A stretch of 61,438 nucleotides of DNA from an uncultured Lachnospiraceae bacterium (GCA_944376945.1 CALWEC010000080.1:1-61438); one strand, 5' to 3'; counted from the first letter of the stretch, positions 25,240-34,367 are shown. Notes: generated by a model not told the origin, from the sequence alone. Program-made: numbers and translations.

Positions 25240-26190
25240 TTGATTCAACAAGCCCACCTGCAGAAGGACATTACCTCGAAACGTCTGGAGGAATATCCGG
25301 ACGTCTTTGCCGATATTCTAAACGTACTGGCTTTCCAGGGAAAAACCGCGCTCCTCCCCGAATATCTGGAGGAAAAATCCGGCAGTGCCTTTTACCGGGA
25401 TACCGCCTCCGCCTGGCACGAAAACCGGCGGGATGTGATAAAAGCCGACAAGCGGAGCGGCGTGCTCCTCTCCGTCCTCTCCCTGGAAAACCAGACCACC
25501 CAGGACAAGGATATGGTGTTCCGGGTGATGGGCTACGACTTTGCCGGCTACCAAAAACAAATTGCCTCCGGGCAAGGGCGGCGCAGCCCGGTGGCTACAT
25601 GGGTCATCTATTTTGGCCCCGGCCCCTGGGAGCAGCCAAAACAACTGTTGGAAGCGCTGGATCTGGAGGACGTCCCGTACCGGGACGATCTAATCCGGGC
25701 CGTTTCCAACCCGCATATCAATGTAGTCGAAATCAGCCGGCTTCCCGCAGAGACGCGCCAGCAGTTCCAATCGGATTTTCGTTTTGTCGCCGAATGGTTC
25801 CGGGCCGACCGGGAAGGCCTGGAAGCGGATCTGCAAAACCAGCCCCAGAAAATCCGGCACGCCGAGGCCCTGCTGGACTTTCTGTCCGCCTTTTCCGGCG
25901 AACAAAGAGCGCTGGATCCGGAGGTCCGGCGGAAGATTCAAAAACAAGAACAGGAGGAGGAAGGGGGACTGACCATGAAATCGTTTTTAACCGAATTGTT
26001 GGATCGAGAAGGGCAAAAAGGAAAACAGCTGGGACTGGCAGAAGGCGAGCAGCTGGGGCTGCTGAAGGGCCAGCGGCAGATTGTCGCCTTTATGCTCCAG
26101 TCGGAAAAAGATTTGGGGAAGATTGCCGCCCTAACTGGCCTGCCGGAGGAACAGATCCGCAAGCTGTCGGAAATGGGGCCGCTGGATTAA
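25240..26190 (+). CDS. Rpn-family recombination-promoting nuclease/putative transposase (PD-(D/E)XK)
   Basis: TTG after GAAAGG; KDITSKRLEEYPDVFADI, RDVIK, LENQT, MVFRVMGYD, C-terminal G-x-x-x-G repeats and IAALTGL tail. Confidence 0.82.
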   Translation: MIQQAHLQKDITSKRLEEYPDVFADILNVLAFQGKTALLPEYLEEKSGSAFYRDTASAWHENRRDVIKADKRSGVLLSVLSLENQTTQDKDMVFRVMGYDFAGYQKQIASGQGRRSPVATWVIYFGPGPWEQPKQLLEALDLEDVPYRDDLIRAVSNPHINVVEISRLPAETRQQFQSDFRFVAEWFRADREGLEADLQNQPQKIRHAEALLDFLSAFSGEQRALDPEVRRKIQKQEQEEEGGLTMKSFLTELLDREGQKGKQLGLAEGEQLGLLKGQRQIVAFMLQSEKDLGKIAALTGLPEEQIRKLSEMGPLD

Positions 26191-26200
26191 AGAGGAGCCC

Positions 26201-26977
26201 CTACATTTCTTTCCACCAGGTTACCAAGTGTTTTTCCAGCCGCTCCACCAGCCATACCACCAGCATGGCCGCGGCGGAGAGCAGCACAATCGGCGCAAAC
26301 ACCCCGGCCCCGTCCAGCTGCGTCATCATCCTCTTGCTGAAGTAGCCCAGGCCGCTCTGAGCGCCCAGCCATTCCCCGATGGCCGCGCCAATCACACAGA
26401 TCGGGATGGCCATCCGCACCGCGGAAAAGAAGGAGGGCACCGCCCACGGCACTTTCAGCTTCCAGAAAATCTCCCACTTTCCCGCGCCGCCGGTGCGCAT
26501 GTACTCTTCCATCTCCCGAGGCGCCGACCGGAGGCCGTCGTGGATGGTGATGGTGACCGGGAAAAAGGTAATCAGGATGGCGGCCAGCACCTTACTCCAA
26601 ATGCTGTACCCAAACCACAGCACGAACAGAGGGGCAATGGCCATGGTAGGGATGGTCTGGGACGCCACAATCAGCGGATATAACGCCCGCTCCGCCGTCC
26701 GGCTGGCGTCCATCCACACAGCCAGGCCGGCGCCCAAGGCCAGCGAGATCAGCAGGCCCAGGCCGGTAATCCCCATCGTGGCTGGCAGATGCACCAGAAA
26801 CAAGGGCTCCCGCAGTTCCCACAGACGCTGCAGCACCTGCACCGGCGTAGGAAGGATGTAGGCCGCGTCAATCCACATGGCCACCGCCTGCCACAGCAGC
26901 AGGACGCCTCCGATTACCAGCGCGGGCAGCGTCCGGCCGGAACGCCCGGCCGCCGGCTTCTTTTCTTTAATTTTCAT
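26201..26977 (-). CDS. ABC permease, ThiX-like (HMP/thiamine precursor uptake)
   Basis: YILPTP, SQTIP, FFPV, GEWLGAQSGLG; under a TPP riboswitch. Confidence 0.85.
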   Translation of the reverse strand: MKIKEKKPAAGRSGRTLPALVIGGVLLLWQAVAMWIDAAYILPTPVQVLQRLWELREPLFLVHLPATMGITGLGLLISLALGAGLAVWMDASRTAERALYPLIVASQTIPTMAIAPLFVLWFGYSIWSKVLAAILITFFPVTITIHDGLRSAPREMEEYMRTGGAGKWEIFWKLKVPWAVPSFFSAVRMAIPICVIGAAIGEWLGAQSGLGYFSKRMMTQLDGAGVFAPIVLLSAAAMLVVWLVERLEKHLVTWWKEM

Positions 26978-27743
26978 AATACGCCGCCTCCTCTCTCTGC
27001 AGCCCGGCAATCAGCCGTTCCTTTAGCTCCTGGATTTCCGGCTGTTCCAGCATCTGGCGCCTCCTGGGCACCGGCAAAGGCACAGGGATACTCTCCACCT
27101 GCCGCACCGGCCGCCCCCGCAGCACCAGGATCCGGGTGGCCAGGTACAGGGCTTCTTCCACATCGTGGGTGACAAAAATCACCGTTTTCCCCAGGCTCTC
27201 CCACTGCTCCGCCAGCCACTCCTGCAGGGAGACCCGGGTCAGAAAATCCAGCGCGGAGAAAGGCTCGTCCAGCAGCAGCAGATCGGAGCCGGACAGGAGG
27301 GTCCTGGCAAAGGAAACCCGCTGGCGCATCCCGCCGGAAAGCTCCCGGGGCGCTTTCTCCCAGCAATCCTCCAGCCCCACCTGCCGCAGCATCTCCCGGG
27401 CCATAGGTTCCCGCTTTTCCTTGGGGATTTTCCGCAGCTCCAGTGGCAGCATCAAATTTTTCCCCACGGTCCGCCAGGGCATCAGCAGGTCCTTCTGAGG
27501 CATAAAACCGCTGTATCCCTTTTGCTCCCGCACATCCCGGCCTTCCACCAGGATCCGGCCCGCTTCCGGCTCCTCCAGCCGGTTGATCAGCCGGAACAGG
27601 GTGCTTTTGCCGCAGCCGCTGGCGCCCACTACCGCCACAAACTCGCCTCGCGCTACGGAAAAAGAAAGGTTTTCAAACATCCGTTGGGAATCCTCCGGAT
27701 ATTGAAAGGTAATGTTTTGAAATTCTACGTTTTTTTCCTGCAT
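26967..27743 (-). CDS. ABC ATPase, ThiZ-like
   Basis: GASGCGKST, MPQKDLLMPW, LSGGMRQR, LDEPFSALD. Confidence 0.88.
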   Translation of the reverse strand: MQEKNVEFQNITFQYPEDSQRMFENLSFSVARGEFVAVVGASGCGKSTLFRLINRLEEPEAGRILVEGRDVREQKGYSGFMPQKDLLMPWRTVGKNLMLPLELRKIPKEKREPMAREMLRQVGLEDCWEKAPRELSGGMRQRVSFARTLLSGSDLLLLDEPFSALDFLTRVSLQEWLAEQWESLGKTVIFVTHDVEEALYLATRILVLRGRPVRQVESIPVPLPVPRRRQMLEQPEIQELKERLIAGLQREEAAYYEN

Positions 27744-27875
27744 ACGCACATCCTCCTGTCCGAGGCGCCTTTCCCTGCCAAAACCATTTTCTTACCGGAA
27801 ACCATTTTCCCTATCACAGGAAAAGCCGGGCAGAATCTGCCCGGCCTGAATCACACATTTTGCGGTTCTCACCGC

Positions 27876-27965
27876 AGTCCATCCCTCCGTTGGCATTACC
27901 CAAATCAGGTCACAGGGTCGAAAATTTTTCCTCTCAGCCTGTCCGGCAGGCTCCCCTTGGCATAC
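27876..27965 (-). ncRNA. TPP riboswitch
   Basis: Minus strand AGGGGAGCC..GGCTGAGAG..ACCCTGTGACCTGATTTGGGTAATGCCAACGGAGGGA. Confidence 0.93.
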
Positions 27966-28080
27966 TGGTATTCGATTGTCTGTCCGCCGCCCATGCCCGG
28001 CGGGTTGTCTATAACCATAACACGGAATGAGCAAGAATGCAAGGTTTCTTTGGGAAATTGTTCTGCCGTTTTCCTCCGAT

Positions 28081-28872
28081 TCACCGCAGCAGCATCCGGT
28101 CGTTGGCCAGCTTCTTTTTGCTGGCCTCCGAATAGCAGGCCAGCAGCCCCTCCACGGTCATCTCCTCCCGCTCCTTGCCGGAAATATCCAGAATAATCTG
28201 GCCGTCGTCCATCATAATCGTGCGGCTGCCGATGGACAGGGCCGCCTGTATATCGTGGGTGATCATCATGGTCGTAATATGCCCCGCCGCCACCAGGTCC
28301 ACCGTAATCCGCAGCACCTTCTCCGCCGTAGCCGGGTCCAGGGCCGCCGTGTGTTCGTCCAGCAGCAGCAGCTTTGGCTCCGCGATGGTACACATCAGCA
28401 GGGAAACCGCCTGACGCTGCCCGCCGGACAGCTGCCCTACCTGGGCCTTCAGCCGGTCCTCCAGCCCCAAATCCAGCTGGCGCAGCAGGCTGCGGAAATA
28501 CTCCCGGTCCCGGCGGCTCACCGCGAACAGGCTTTTCTTGGCCTTGCGGGTGTATGCCAGCGCCAGGTTTTCCTCCAGCGTCATATGCGGGGCCGTCCCC
28601 TTCAGCGTATCCTGGAACACACGGCCTATATCAAAGGCCCTCCGGTAATCCTTCCAGGCCGTAATGTTTTTCCCGTCCAGATGGATGCTGCCAGAGTCCA
28701 GCCAGAATGAGCCGCCGATGGCGTTGAAAAGCGTGGACTTCCCCGCCCCGTTGGAGCCGATAACGGTCACAAATTCCCCTGGCTCCAGGTGCAGGCTGAC
28801 CCCGTTCAGCGCCCGCTTCTCATTGGGCGTCCCCGGATAAAACGTCTTTTTTACCTTCTCCAGCGTCAGCAT
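28081..28872 (-). CDS. ABC ATPase, TrpZ-like
   Basis: GSNGAGKST, GRVFQD, LSGGQRQA, LDEHTAALDP. Confidence 0.9.
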   Translation of the reverse strand: MLTLEKVKKTFYPGTPNEKRALNGVSLHLEPGEFVTVIGSNGAGKSTLFNAIGGSFWLDSGSIHLDGKNITAWKDYRRAFDIGRVFQDTLKGTAPHMTLEENLALAYTRKAKKSLFAVSRRDREYFRSLLRQLDLGLEDRLKAQVGQLSGGQRQAVSLLMCTIAEPKLLLLDEHTAALDPATAEKVLRITVDLVAAGHITTMMITHDIQAALSIGSRTIMMDDGQIILDISGKEREEMTVEGLLACYSEASKKKLANDRMLLR

Positions 28873-29772
28873 TTAATCCCGCTCCCTTCTCTTTATTTTC
28901 CGCAGGCCCAGCCACTGCTTCAGGGCCGGAAGCGAAAGGGCCAGCGCCACAATCAAAGCGGAGACCAGCTTCAGCCCGTAGGAAGGGAACAGCTCCACCT
29001 TCAGCGCCAGGGCGATAAACATCCGGTATACCACGGAGCCTAAAATGGCGGAAAACAGCCCAGCCGTCACCGAACGGCGGCCGGCTATGGTCTCCCCGAT
29101 GATCACGGAAGCCAGGCCGATCACCACCATACCGCTGCCGTAGCCGGCGTCAAAAAAGGATAGGGACTGGCCCACCAGGCCGCCGGATAAGGCTACACAG
29201 GCGTTTCCCAGCGCCAGGCCCAGGCACTTGTATACATCCGCGTTGACGGAGGAGGACCGCACCATGTCCTCGTTGTCTCCGGTGGCCCGGATGGCCAAGC
29301 CCTGCCGGGTCTTAAAGTAAACCGAAAGCACCGTCCCCAGCGCCGCGCAGGCAAACAGCGGCAGCAAGGTTTTACTCTGGTTGGCCGTCAGCCCCAAGGC
29401 CTCCTCCCACTGCTGGAACAGGGTTTCCGCCAGGGCGGCGGACACATTGGACTTGCCTCCTGTAAGAAATAGGTTGACGGAGTAAAGCCCGGTCATGGTC
29501 AGGATTCCCGCCAGGATGGGATGGATTCCCACCTTGGTCTGCAAAAGCCCCGTAACCAGCCCGGCGGCGGCTCCGGCCACAACCGCTAAAAGCAGCCCCA
29601 AAAGCGGATGGCCCGCCACCGTCACCGTGACCGAAACCGCCATCCCCAGGCAAAAGCTTCCGTCCGCCGTCAAATCCGGCGTATTCAAAATCCGAAAGGT
29701 AATATACACGCCCATGGCCAGCACGGCATAGGCAAATCCCTCCTGGAGGGAACGAAGCAGCAACACTCCCAT
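28873..29772 (-). CDS. ABC permease, TrpY-like
   Basis: GVYITFRIL..PDLTADGSF, RATGDN, GLASVIIGE. Confidence 0.9.
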   Translation of the reverse strand: MGVLLLRSLQEGFAYAVLAMGVYITFRILNTPDLTADGSFCLGMAVSVTVTVAGHPLLGLLLAVVAGAAAGLVTGLLQTKVGIHPILAGILTMTGLYSVNLFLTGGKSNVSAALAETLFQQWEEALGLTANQSKTLLPLFACAALGTVLSVYFKTRQGLAIRATGDNEDMVRSSSVNADVYKCLGLALGNACVALSGGLVGQSLSFFDAGYGSGMVVIGLASVIIGETIAGRRSVTAGLFSAILGSVVYRMFIALALKVELFPSYGLKLVSALIVALALSLPALKQWLGLRKIKRRERD

Positions 29773-29833
29773 AATCGTCTCCTATGGCAGCATGGCCGAA
29801 GGCATGCTGCGTTTTCGCATCCGGCAGCCGTCC

Positions 29834-30775
29834 TTACCGGGCTTCCGCCAGGGCGATATGCTCCTGGATCACCTGGCAGGAACGGTCAAAGGCCGCCTGT
29901 TCTTCTGGCGTCAGGTTCAGCTCCAAAATTTCTTCCACCCCGTTTTTGCCGATCACCGCCGGCACCCCGGCGTGAAAACCGCGGTGGCCGTACTGGCCGG
30001 TGAGATAGGCAGAAACCGGGAACACCCGGCGCTCGTCGTACAGCACCGCCTGGCACAGATCCGCCAGGGCCGCGCCGATGCCAAACTCGGTGGAACCCTT
30101 GCCGATGATAATCTCCATCCCGATCTGATGGGTCCTTTCTTCCAGGATTTCCCGCGTAGCCCTTCCGTATACCTCCGGGCATTCCGCGATCCGCTCCGTC
30201 AGCGGCTTTCCCATAATGGTAATCTGGGAGTACGGAACCATGGAAGAATCCCCGTGCTCCCCCATGGCAAAGCACTGGAGGGAGCGCATATCCACCCCGG
30301 TCAGTTCGTGGAGCGTCCGGCGCAGCCGGGCTGTGTCCAGGGAAGTCCCGGTGCCAAACACCCGGGCCGCCGGATACCCCAGATGCTTTCGGGCATAGTC
30401 GGCCACAATATCGCAGGGGTTGGAGATGGAAATGAAAATCCCCTGAAACCGGGTCTGGGACAGTTTCCCCACCACATCCTTCATAATATCAATGGTATCC
30501 CCCAGCATATCCAGCCGGGTCTGCCCCGGCTTCCGGGACACGCCCACCGCGTTGACCAAAATATCCGCGTCCTCGCAGTCGGCGTAGGTCCCTGCGTAGA
30601 CGGACACCGGCCGCCGCATAAAGGCGGTGGCGTCCGACACGTCCTTGGCCTGGCTGTCCGCCTTGGCCTCGTCGATGTCAATCAGCGCAATCTCCCCGCA
30701 GATCCCGGCCATGGCCAGGTTCAGGGCGCACAGGGAGCCCACATGGCCAGCCCCCAGAATCACGATTTTGCTCAT
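29834..30775 (-). CDS. L-lactate/malate dehydrogenase-family 2-hydroxyacid dehydrogenase
   Basis: GAGHVG, GVSRKPGQTRLD, SNPCD, GTGTSLDTAR, GEHGDS, KGSTEFGIG. Confidence 0.9.
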   Translation of the reverse strand: MSKIVILGAGHVGSLCALNLAMAGICGEIALIDIDEAKADSQAKDVSDATAFMRRPVSVYAGTYADCEDADILVNAVGVSRKPGQTRLDMLGDTIDIMKDVVGKLSQTRFQGIFISISNPCDIVADYARKHLGYPAARVFGTGTSLDTARLRRTLHELTGVDMRSLQCFAMGEHGDSSMVPYSQITIMGKPLTERIAECPEVYGRATREILEERTHQIGMEIIIGKGSTEFGIGAALADLCQAVLYDERRVFPVSAYLTGQYGHRGFHAGVPAVIGKNGVEEILELNLTPEEQAAFDRSCQVIQEHIALAEAR

Positions 30776-30816
30776 TTTCCCTCCTTGCGGCTCTGCCGCT
30801 TGTCCCCTGGAACCGG

Positions 30817-31902
30817 TTACTCTCCCAGGATGGTAAAGGTTTCCCGCATGGCGTCGGTTACCTCAATCCCCAGCTGGCCGGCGGTATTCGCATTGATCAT
30901 GCGGGCGTATTCCGCAATCTGCTCCACCGGGTTCTCCGCGATGCTCTCTCCGTTTACCAGACGATCCACCATCTGGGCCGTCTGCCGGCCCAGCACCGTA
31001 TAGTCGATGCCCACCGTGGCCAGGCCGCCGTCTATCACCATGGAATCCGCGCCTACGTAGATGGGAAGGCCCGCCTCGTTGGCTACCTGCAGGTACACCG
31101 CCATAGCCGAAGCCACCGTGTTGTCATTGGGCGTAAAGAACGCGTCCACCGAGCCTACCAGGGAAGCCGCCGCCTGCTGTACATCCGCGGTGCCGGTGAC
31201 CGTGGCTTCCTTATAGGAAAGGTTGTGGGCCTCGCAGTAGGCCTTGGCTGTTTCAATGCCGGTGACCGAGTTGATCTCGCTGGTATTGTACACCAGGCCG
31301 ATGGTCTGGATGTCCGGGGTCAGCTCCAGCGCCAGATCCAGGATATCCTCCACCGGGATCGAGTTGGAGACACCGGTAATGTTGCCGTCCGTCTGATCCA
31401 GGGCCGTTACCAGGCCTGCCTCCACCGGATTGCTGACGGCGGAAAACACGATGGGGATCTCATCGGTAGCGGAAGCCGTCACCTGCGCCGTGGGCGTGGC
31501 GATGGGCACCAGGATGTCCGCCCCCTCCGTGATCAGTTCCTGGACCACCGTGGGCAGGATGGTGGTGTCCCCGTTGGCATTCTGATAGAGGATTTCAATC
31601 TTTCCCTCGTCCACCAGCGGCTGCAGTTCCTCCACAATGGTCTCGTAAATCTGGTTCAGGGAAGGATGGTCCATATGCTGGAGGATTCCCACCTGGATCA
31701 CGTCTCCGTCCGCCTGCACCCGGACGCCTTCCCCGGTTCCGCTGCCTTGGGCCTCCGTGCTCACGGCCTGGCTGCCGCCCTGGGCTTCCGTTCCGCCGGA
31801 AGCGGCTCCCGTAGTTTCCTTCCCGCTGCCGCCGCAGCCGGCCAGCATTCCCAGCGCCATCATCAGTCCCAGTCCACACGCCAACATCTTTCTTGCCTTC
31901 AT
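30817..31902 (-). CDS. ABC substrate-binding lipoprotein, TrpX-like aromatic amino-acid type
   Basis: Lipobox LAGC; HPSL, IATPTAQ, PIVFSAV, NITGVS, SEINS, NDNTV. Confidence 0.88.
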   Translation of the reverse strand: MKARKMLACGLGLMMALGMLAGCGGSGKETTGAASGGTEAQGGSQAVSTEAQGSGTGEGVRVQADGDVIQVGILQHMDHPSLNQIYETIVEELQPLVDEGKIEILYQNANGDTTILPTVVQELITEGADILVPIATPTAQVTASATDEIPIVFSAVSNPVEAGLVTALDQTDGNITGVSNSIPVEDILDLALELTPDIQTIGLVYNTSEINSVTGIETAKAYCEAHNLSYKEATVTGTADVQQAAASLVGSVDAFFTPNDNTVASAMAVYLQVANEAGLPIYVGADSMVIDGGLATVGIDYTVLGRQTAQMVDRLVNGESIAENPVEQIAEYARMINANTAGQLGIEVTDAMRETFTILGE

Positions 31903-32008
31903 TTTCTGCTCCTCTCTGCCGCGCACCGGCGGCGTCACACTGCCCCAAGGGGCCAGGGGAACGGTGCGTCCAGTGACCGGTATTGGCCGGTAAGTGGGAC
32001 TTTCCCAC

Positions 32009-32265
32009 AAAAAAAGTCCTCATTCTGCGTATGCAGAATAAGGACAAGTTCATCACCTGCGGTACCACCTTACTTAATTCGTTGCGAATTCTCTCTTCCA
32101 GGAGTGCCAATACACCCCCTGCCCTTAACGCGGACAATACGTCTCGGATACTCGGCCCAGCCTTTCCCCTTGCCCTCAGCGGCCCATGTACTCCAGCGCT
32201 TTCTGCGGTTTCTCAGCCTCCCCGCTCTCTGTAAGTGCTCACTGCAGCACCTTCTCCGCCTCTAT
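32009..32265 (-). ncRNA. T-box leader with probable Trp (UGG) specifier
   Basis: Minus strand: AGAGAG and GCTGAG boxes in stem I, T-box AAGGTGGTACCGC (32059-32071), terminator GTCCTTATTCTGCA..TGCAGAATGAGGAC-T7; TGG at 32184-32186 precedes one purine and the closing helix. Confidence 0.9.
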
Positions 32266-32297
32266 GGTTTTGCGAAGTGTTTTGTTTTGATATGGGT

Positions 32298-32326
32298 ATT
32301 ATACGCAGATTGCCCTGGTTTGTCAA
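32298..32326 (-). promoter_or_regulatory. Consensus sigmaA promoter of the T-box operon
   Basis: Perfect TTGACA-N17-TATAAT on the minus strand. Confidence 0.85.
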
Positions 32327-32530
32327 CTGAATTTTGACGATTTTTTTGCCTAGGGAAACTCTACCGAAAATAGTTGACATTTCCCTCTTGCTGTGTTATC
32401 TTGGGCCTACAGGCATCGGCGGCCGTTCGGCCTGCCGGGTTTCCCAGCCGCAAGGCTTCTTATCTTTTCGGATGTTCTCACCGGAACACCTACCCCCAAA
32501 CCATTTTCACCCAACAAGGAGGCATCGCGT

Positions 32531-33463
32531 ATGAACCATGGATTGTAGCTGTATTTTCCCACCATCCGTACCCGCGGGGAGGTCCTGGCGGACATCTCCG
32601 AAAACCCCAGGCTTTTAGCCCGCTACCAAAACTGGAACCCCGAACAGCAGGAGCTTTTTTTAGATTACTGCACCGGACAGAAGGGCGTAAAAGTCCTCTA
32701 CGACCCGGTCTTTAAAGAAATCCTGAACCCGGAGGCTACCCCGGAGCGGGTGGAGGAATTTCTCTCCCTTCTCCTGAACCAAAAGGTGCGGATTCTCCAT
32801 GTCCTTCCCCCCGACTCCCCGCGGATGGGGGACGTCCACTCCCTGGTCATCCTGGACCTGGTGGTGGAGCTGGAAGGCGGCCGTATCGTCAACCTGGAGG
32901 TCCAGCGCATGGGCTACCGCTTCCCCGGGCAGCGGGCCGCCTGCTACTCCGCCGACCTGCTCCTGCGACAGTACCAGCGGGTCCGCCGGCACAAGGGGAA
33001 AGCCTTCAGCTACCGGGACATCCAGAAGGTCTGCACCATCGTTTTATACGACAAAAGCCCGGAGGTATTCCACCAGTTTCCGGAGGACTACCGGCACTAT
33101 TTTTCCCAGCAGTTGGATACCGGCCTGGAGATGGATTTGCTGCAGGAATACGTATTCGTCCCTCTTGACATTTTCCGGGAGATTCTGCACAATGTAGATA
33201 TCCGGGGACCGCTGGAGGCCTGGCTTACTTTCCTTTGCACAGACGACCCGGAGACCATCGAGACACGGATCAACGCCTACCCGGCATTCAGGCCTTATTA
33301 CCAAGAGATCTACGACCTGTGCCGGAACACGGAAAGGGTGATGGAGATGTTGTCCAAGGAATTGCAGGAACTGGATCAGAACACGGTGCAGTACATGATC
33401 GATGAGATGCAGGAGACGCTGGAGGAGCAGAAGCGGCTGAAAGCCCTGCTGGGAGAAAAGTAA
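32531..33463 (+). pseudogene. PD-(D/E)XK nuclease-family (Rpn-like) gene with in-frame TAG at codon 6
   Basis: RBS AAGGAGG, then ATG AAC CAT GGA TTG TAG CTG TAT TTT CCC; frame then stays open (LYFPTIRTR..FLDYCTG..LYDPVFKEILNP..ILDLVVE..NLEVQ) to 33463. Confidence 0.8.
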
Positions 33464-33477
33464 AAAGCTTTGGCAAA

Positions 33478-33520
33478 AAGCAGCGCCCTGGGAGCGATCC
33501 CTCTGGGCGCTGCTTCTTCT
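33478..33520. terminator. Terminator between convergent genes
   Basis: AAGCAGCGCCC...GGGCGCTGCTT with an A-run on one side and a pyrimidine tract on the other. Confidence 0.75.
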
Positions 33521-33548
33521 CTCTCTTATCTTTTGTTCTTCTCTTTCT

Positions 33549-34250
33549 CTACGGCCGGTAGATGCCGTCGATAATCTCAAAGCCTTTGGTTTCCAGGGAT
33601 TTTTCCACCCAGCTCCGGTTGGCGGTGCCGTCCTTGGCGGCTGCCAGCTTCTTCTCGTCCGCCGCCTGGAAGGCCTTGGCCGCTTCCAGGATTTGGGCCG
33701 CATCCCGGCGCGGGATGACGATTACGCCGTCCGGGTCGCCCAGAATAATGTCCCCCGGGTTCACGCTGATGTTGCCGCATGCAATGGGGACGTTGATTTC
33801 TCCGGGGCCATCCTTGTAGGGGCCGCCGGGAGTAAAGCCCGTGCAGTAAACCGGGAAATCCCACTTGCCCATCTCGTCAATATCCCGGATGGGGCCGTCC
33901 AGTACAATCCCCGCCACCTTCTTGGTGCACATCAGGTAGGCCATCATCACTTCGCCCATCAGGGCGCGGCTGTCGTCCCCTTCGTTGGAGACTACCAATA
34001 CATCCCCCTCCCCGCACAGGTTCAGGGCCGCGTGAAGCGCCAGATTGTCGCCGGCACGGGCCTTGACCGTATAGGCCGGCCCCACCATCATCTGGGCCTT
34101 GGGGCTGCTGACCAGGCGGATCCGCGGGTGCATGGCGCTGTTGCGCTCCATGACATCCGCCACATTGGAAGCCGGGATATTCTTAAACTGCATCATCACA
34201 TCGTAATCCGGCAGCTCCCGCTGCAGATAAATTCTTTTTCCTACAGGCAT
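33549..34250 (-). CDS. RraA/HMG-CHA aldolase-family protein
   Basis: NVADVM, GPAYTV, GDNL, GEVM, DGPIRD, NPGDIILGDPDGV. Confidence 0.88.
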   Translation of the reverse strand: MPVGKRIYLQRELPDYDVMMQFKNIPASNVADVMERNSAMHPRIRLVSSPKAQMMVGPAYTVKARAGDNLALHAALNLCGEGDVLVVSNEGDDSRALMGEVMMAYLMCTKKVAGIVLDGPIRDIDEMGKWDFPVYCTGFTPGGPYKDGPGEINVPIACGNISVNPGDIILGDPDGVIVIPRRDAAQILEAAKAFQAADEKKLAAAKDGTANRSWVEKSLETKGFEIIDGIYRP

Positions 34251-34367
34251 CCTGCATTCTCCTTTTCTTTCCCGCGCCGCTTGGGCGCTATTGCTTTTGT
34301 TCCGGTGCGCCAACCCTCTCCGGGATGGGTCGTTCCGTGTGCGTCTCCGCAGCCTGCCGGCTGCCGC

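Noticed and set aside
25240-26190. Rpn genes as IS elements
   Set aside because: No terminal inverted repeats, target duplications or DDE motif seen
29786-29809. Hairpin GCAGCATG..CATGCTGC between ldh and the permease as a terminator
   Set aside because: No U-tract on the coding (minus) strand; more likely an mRNA-stability element
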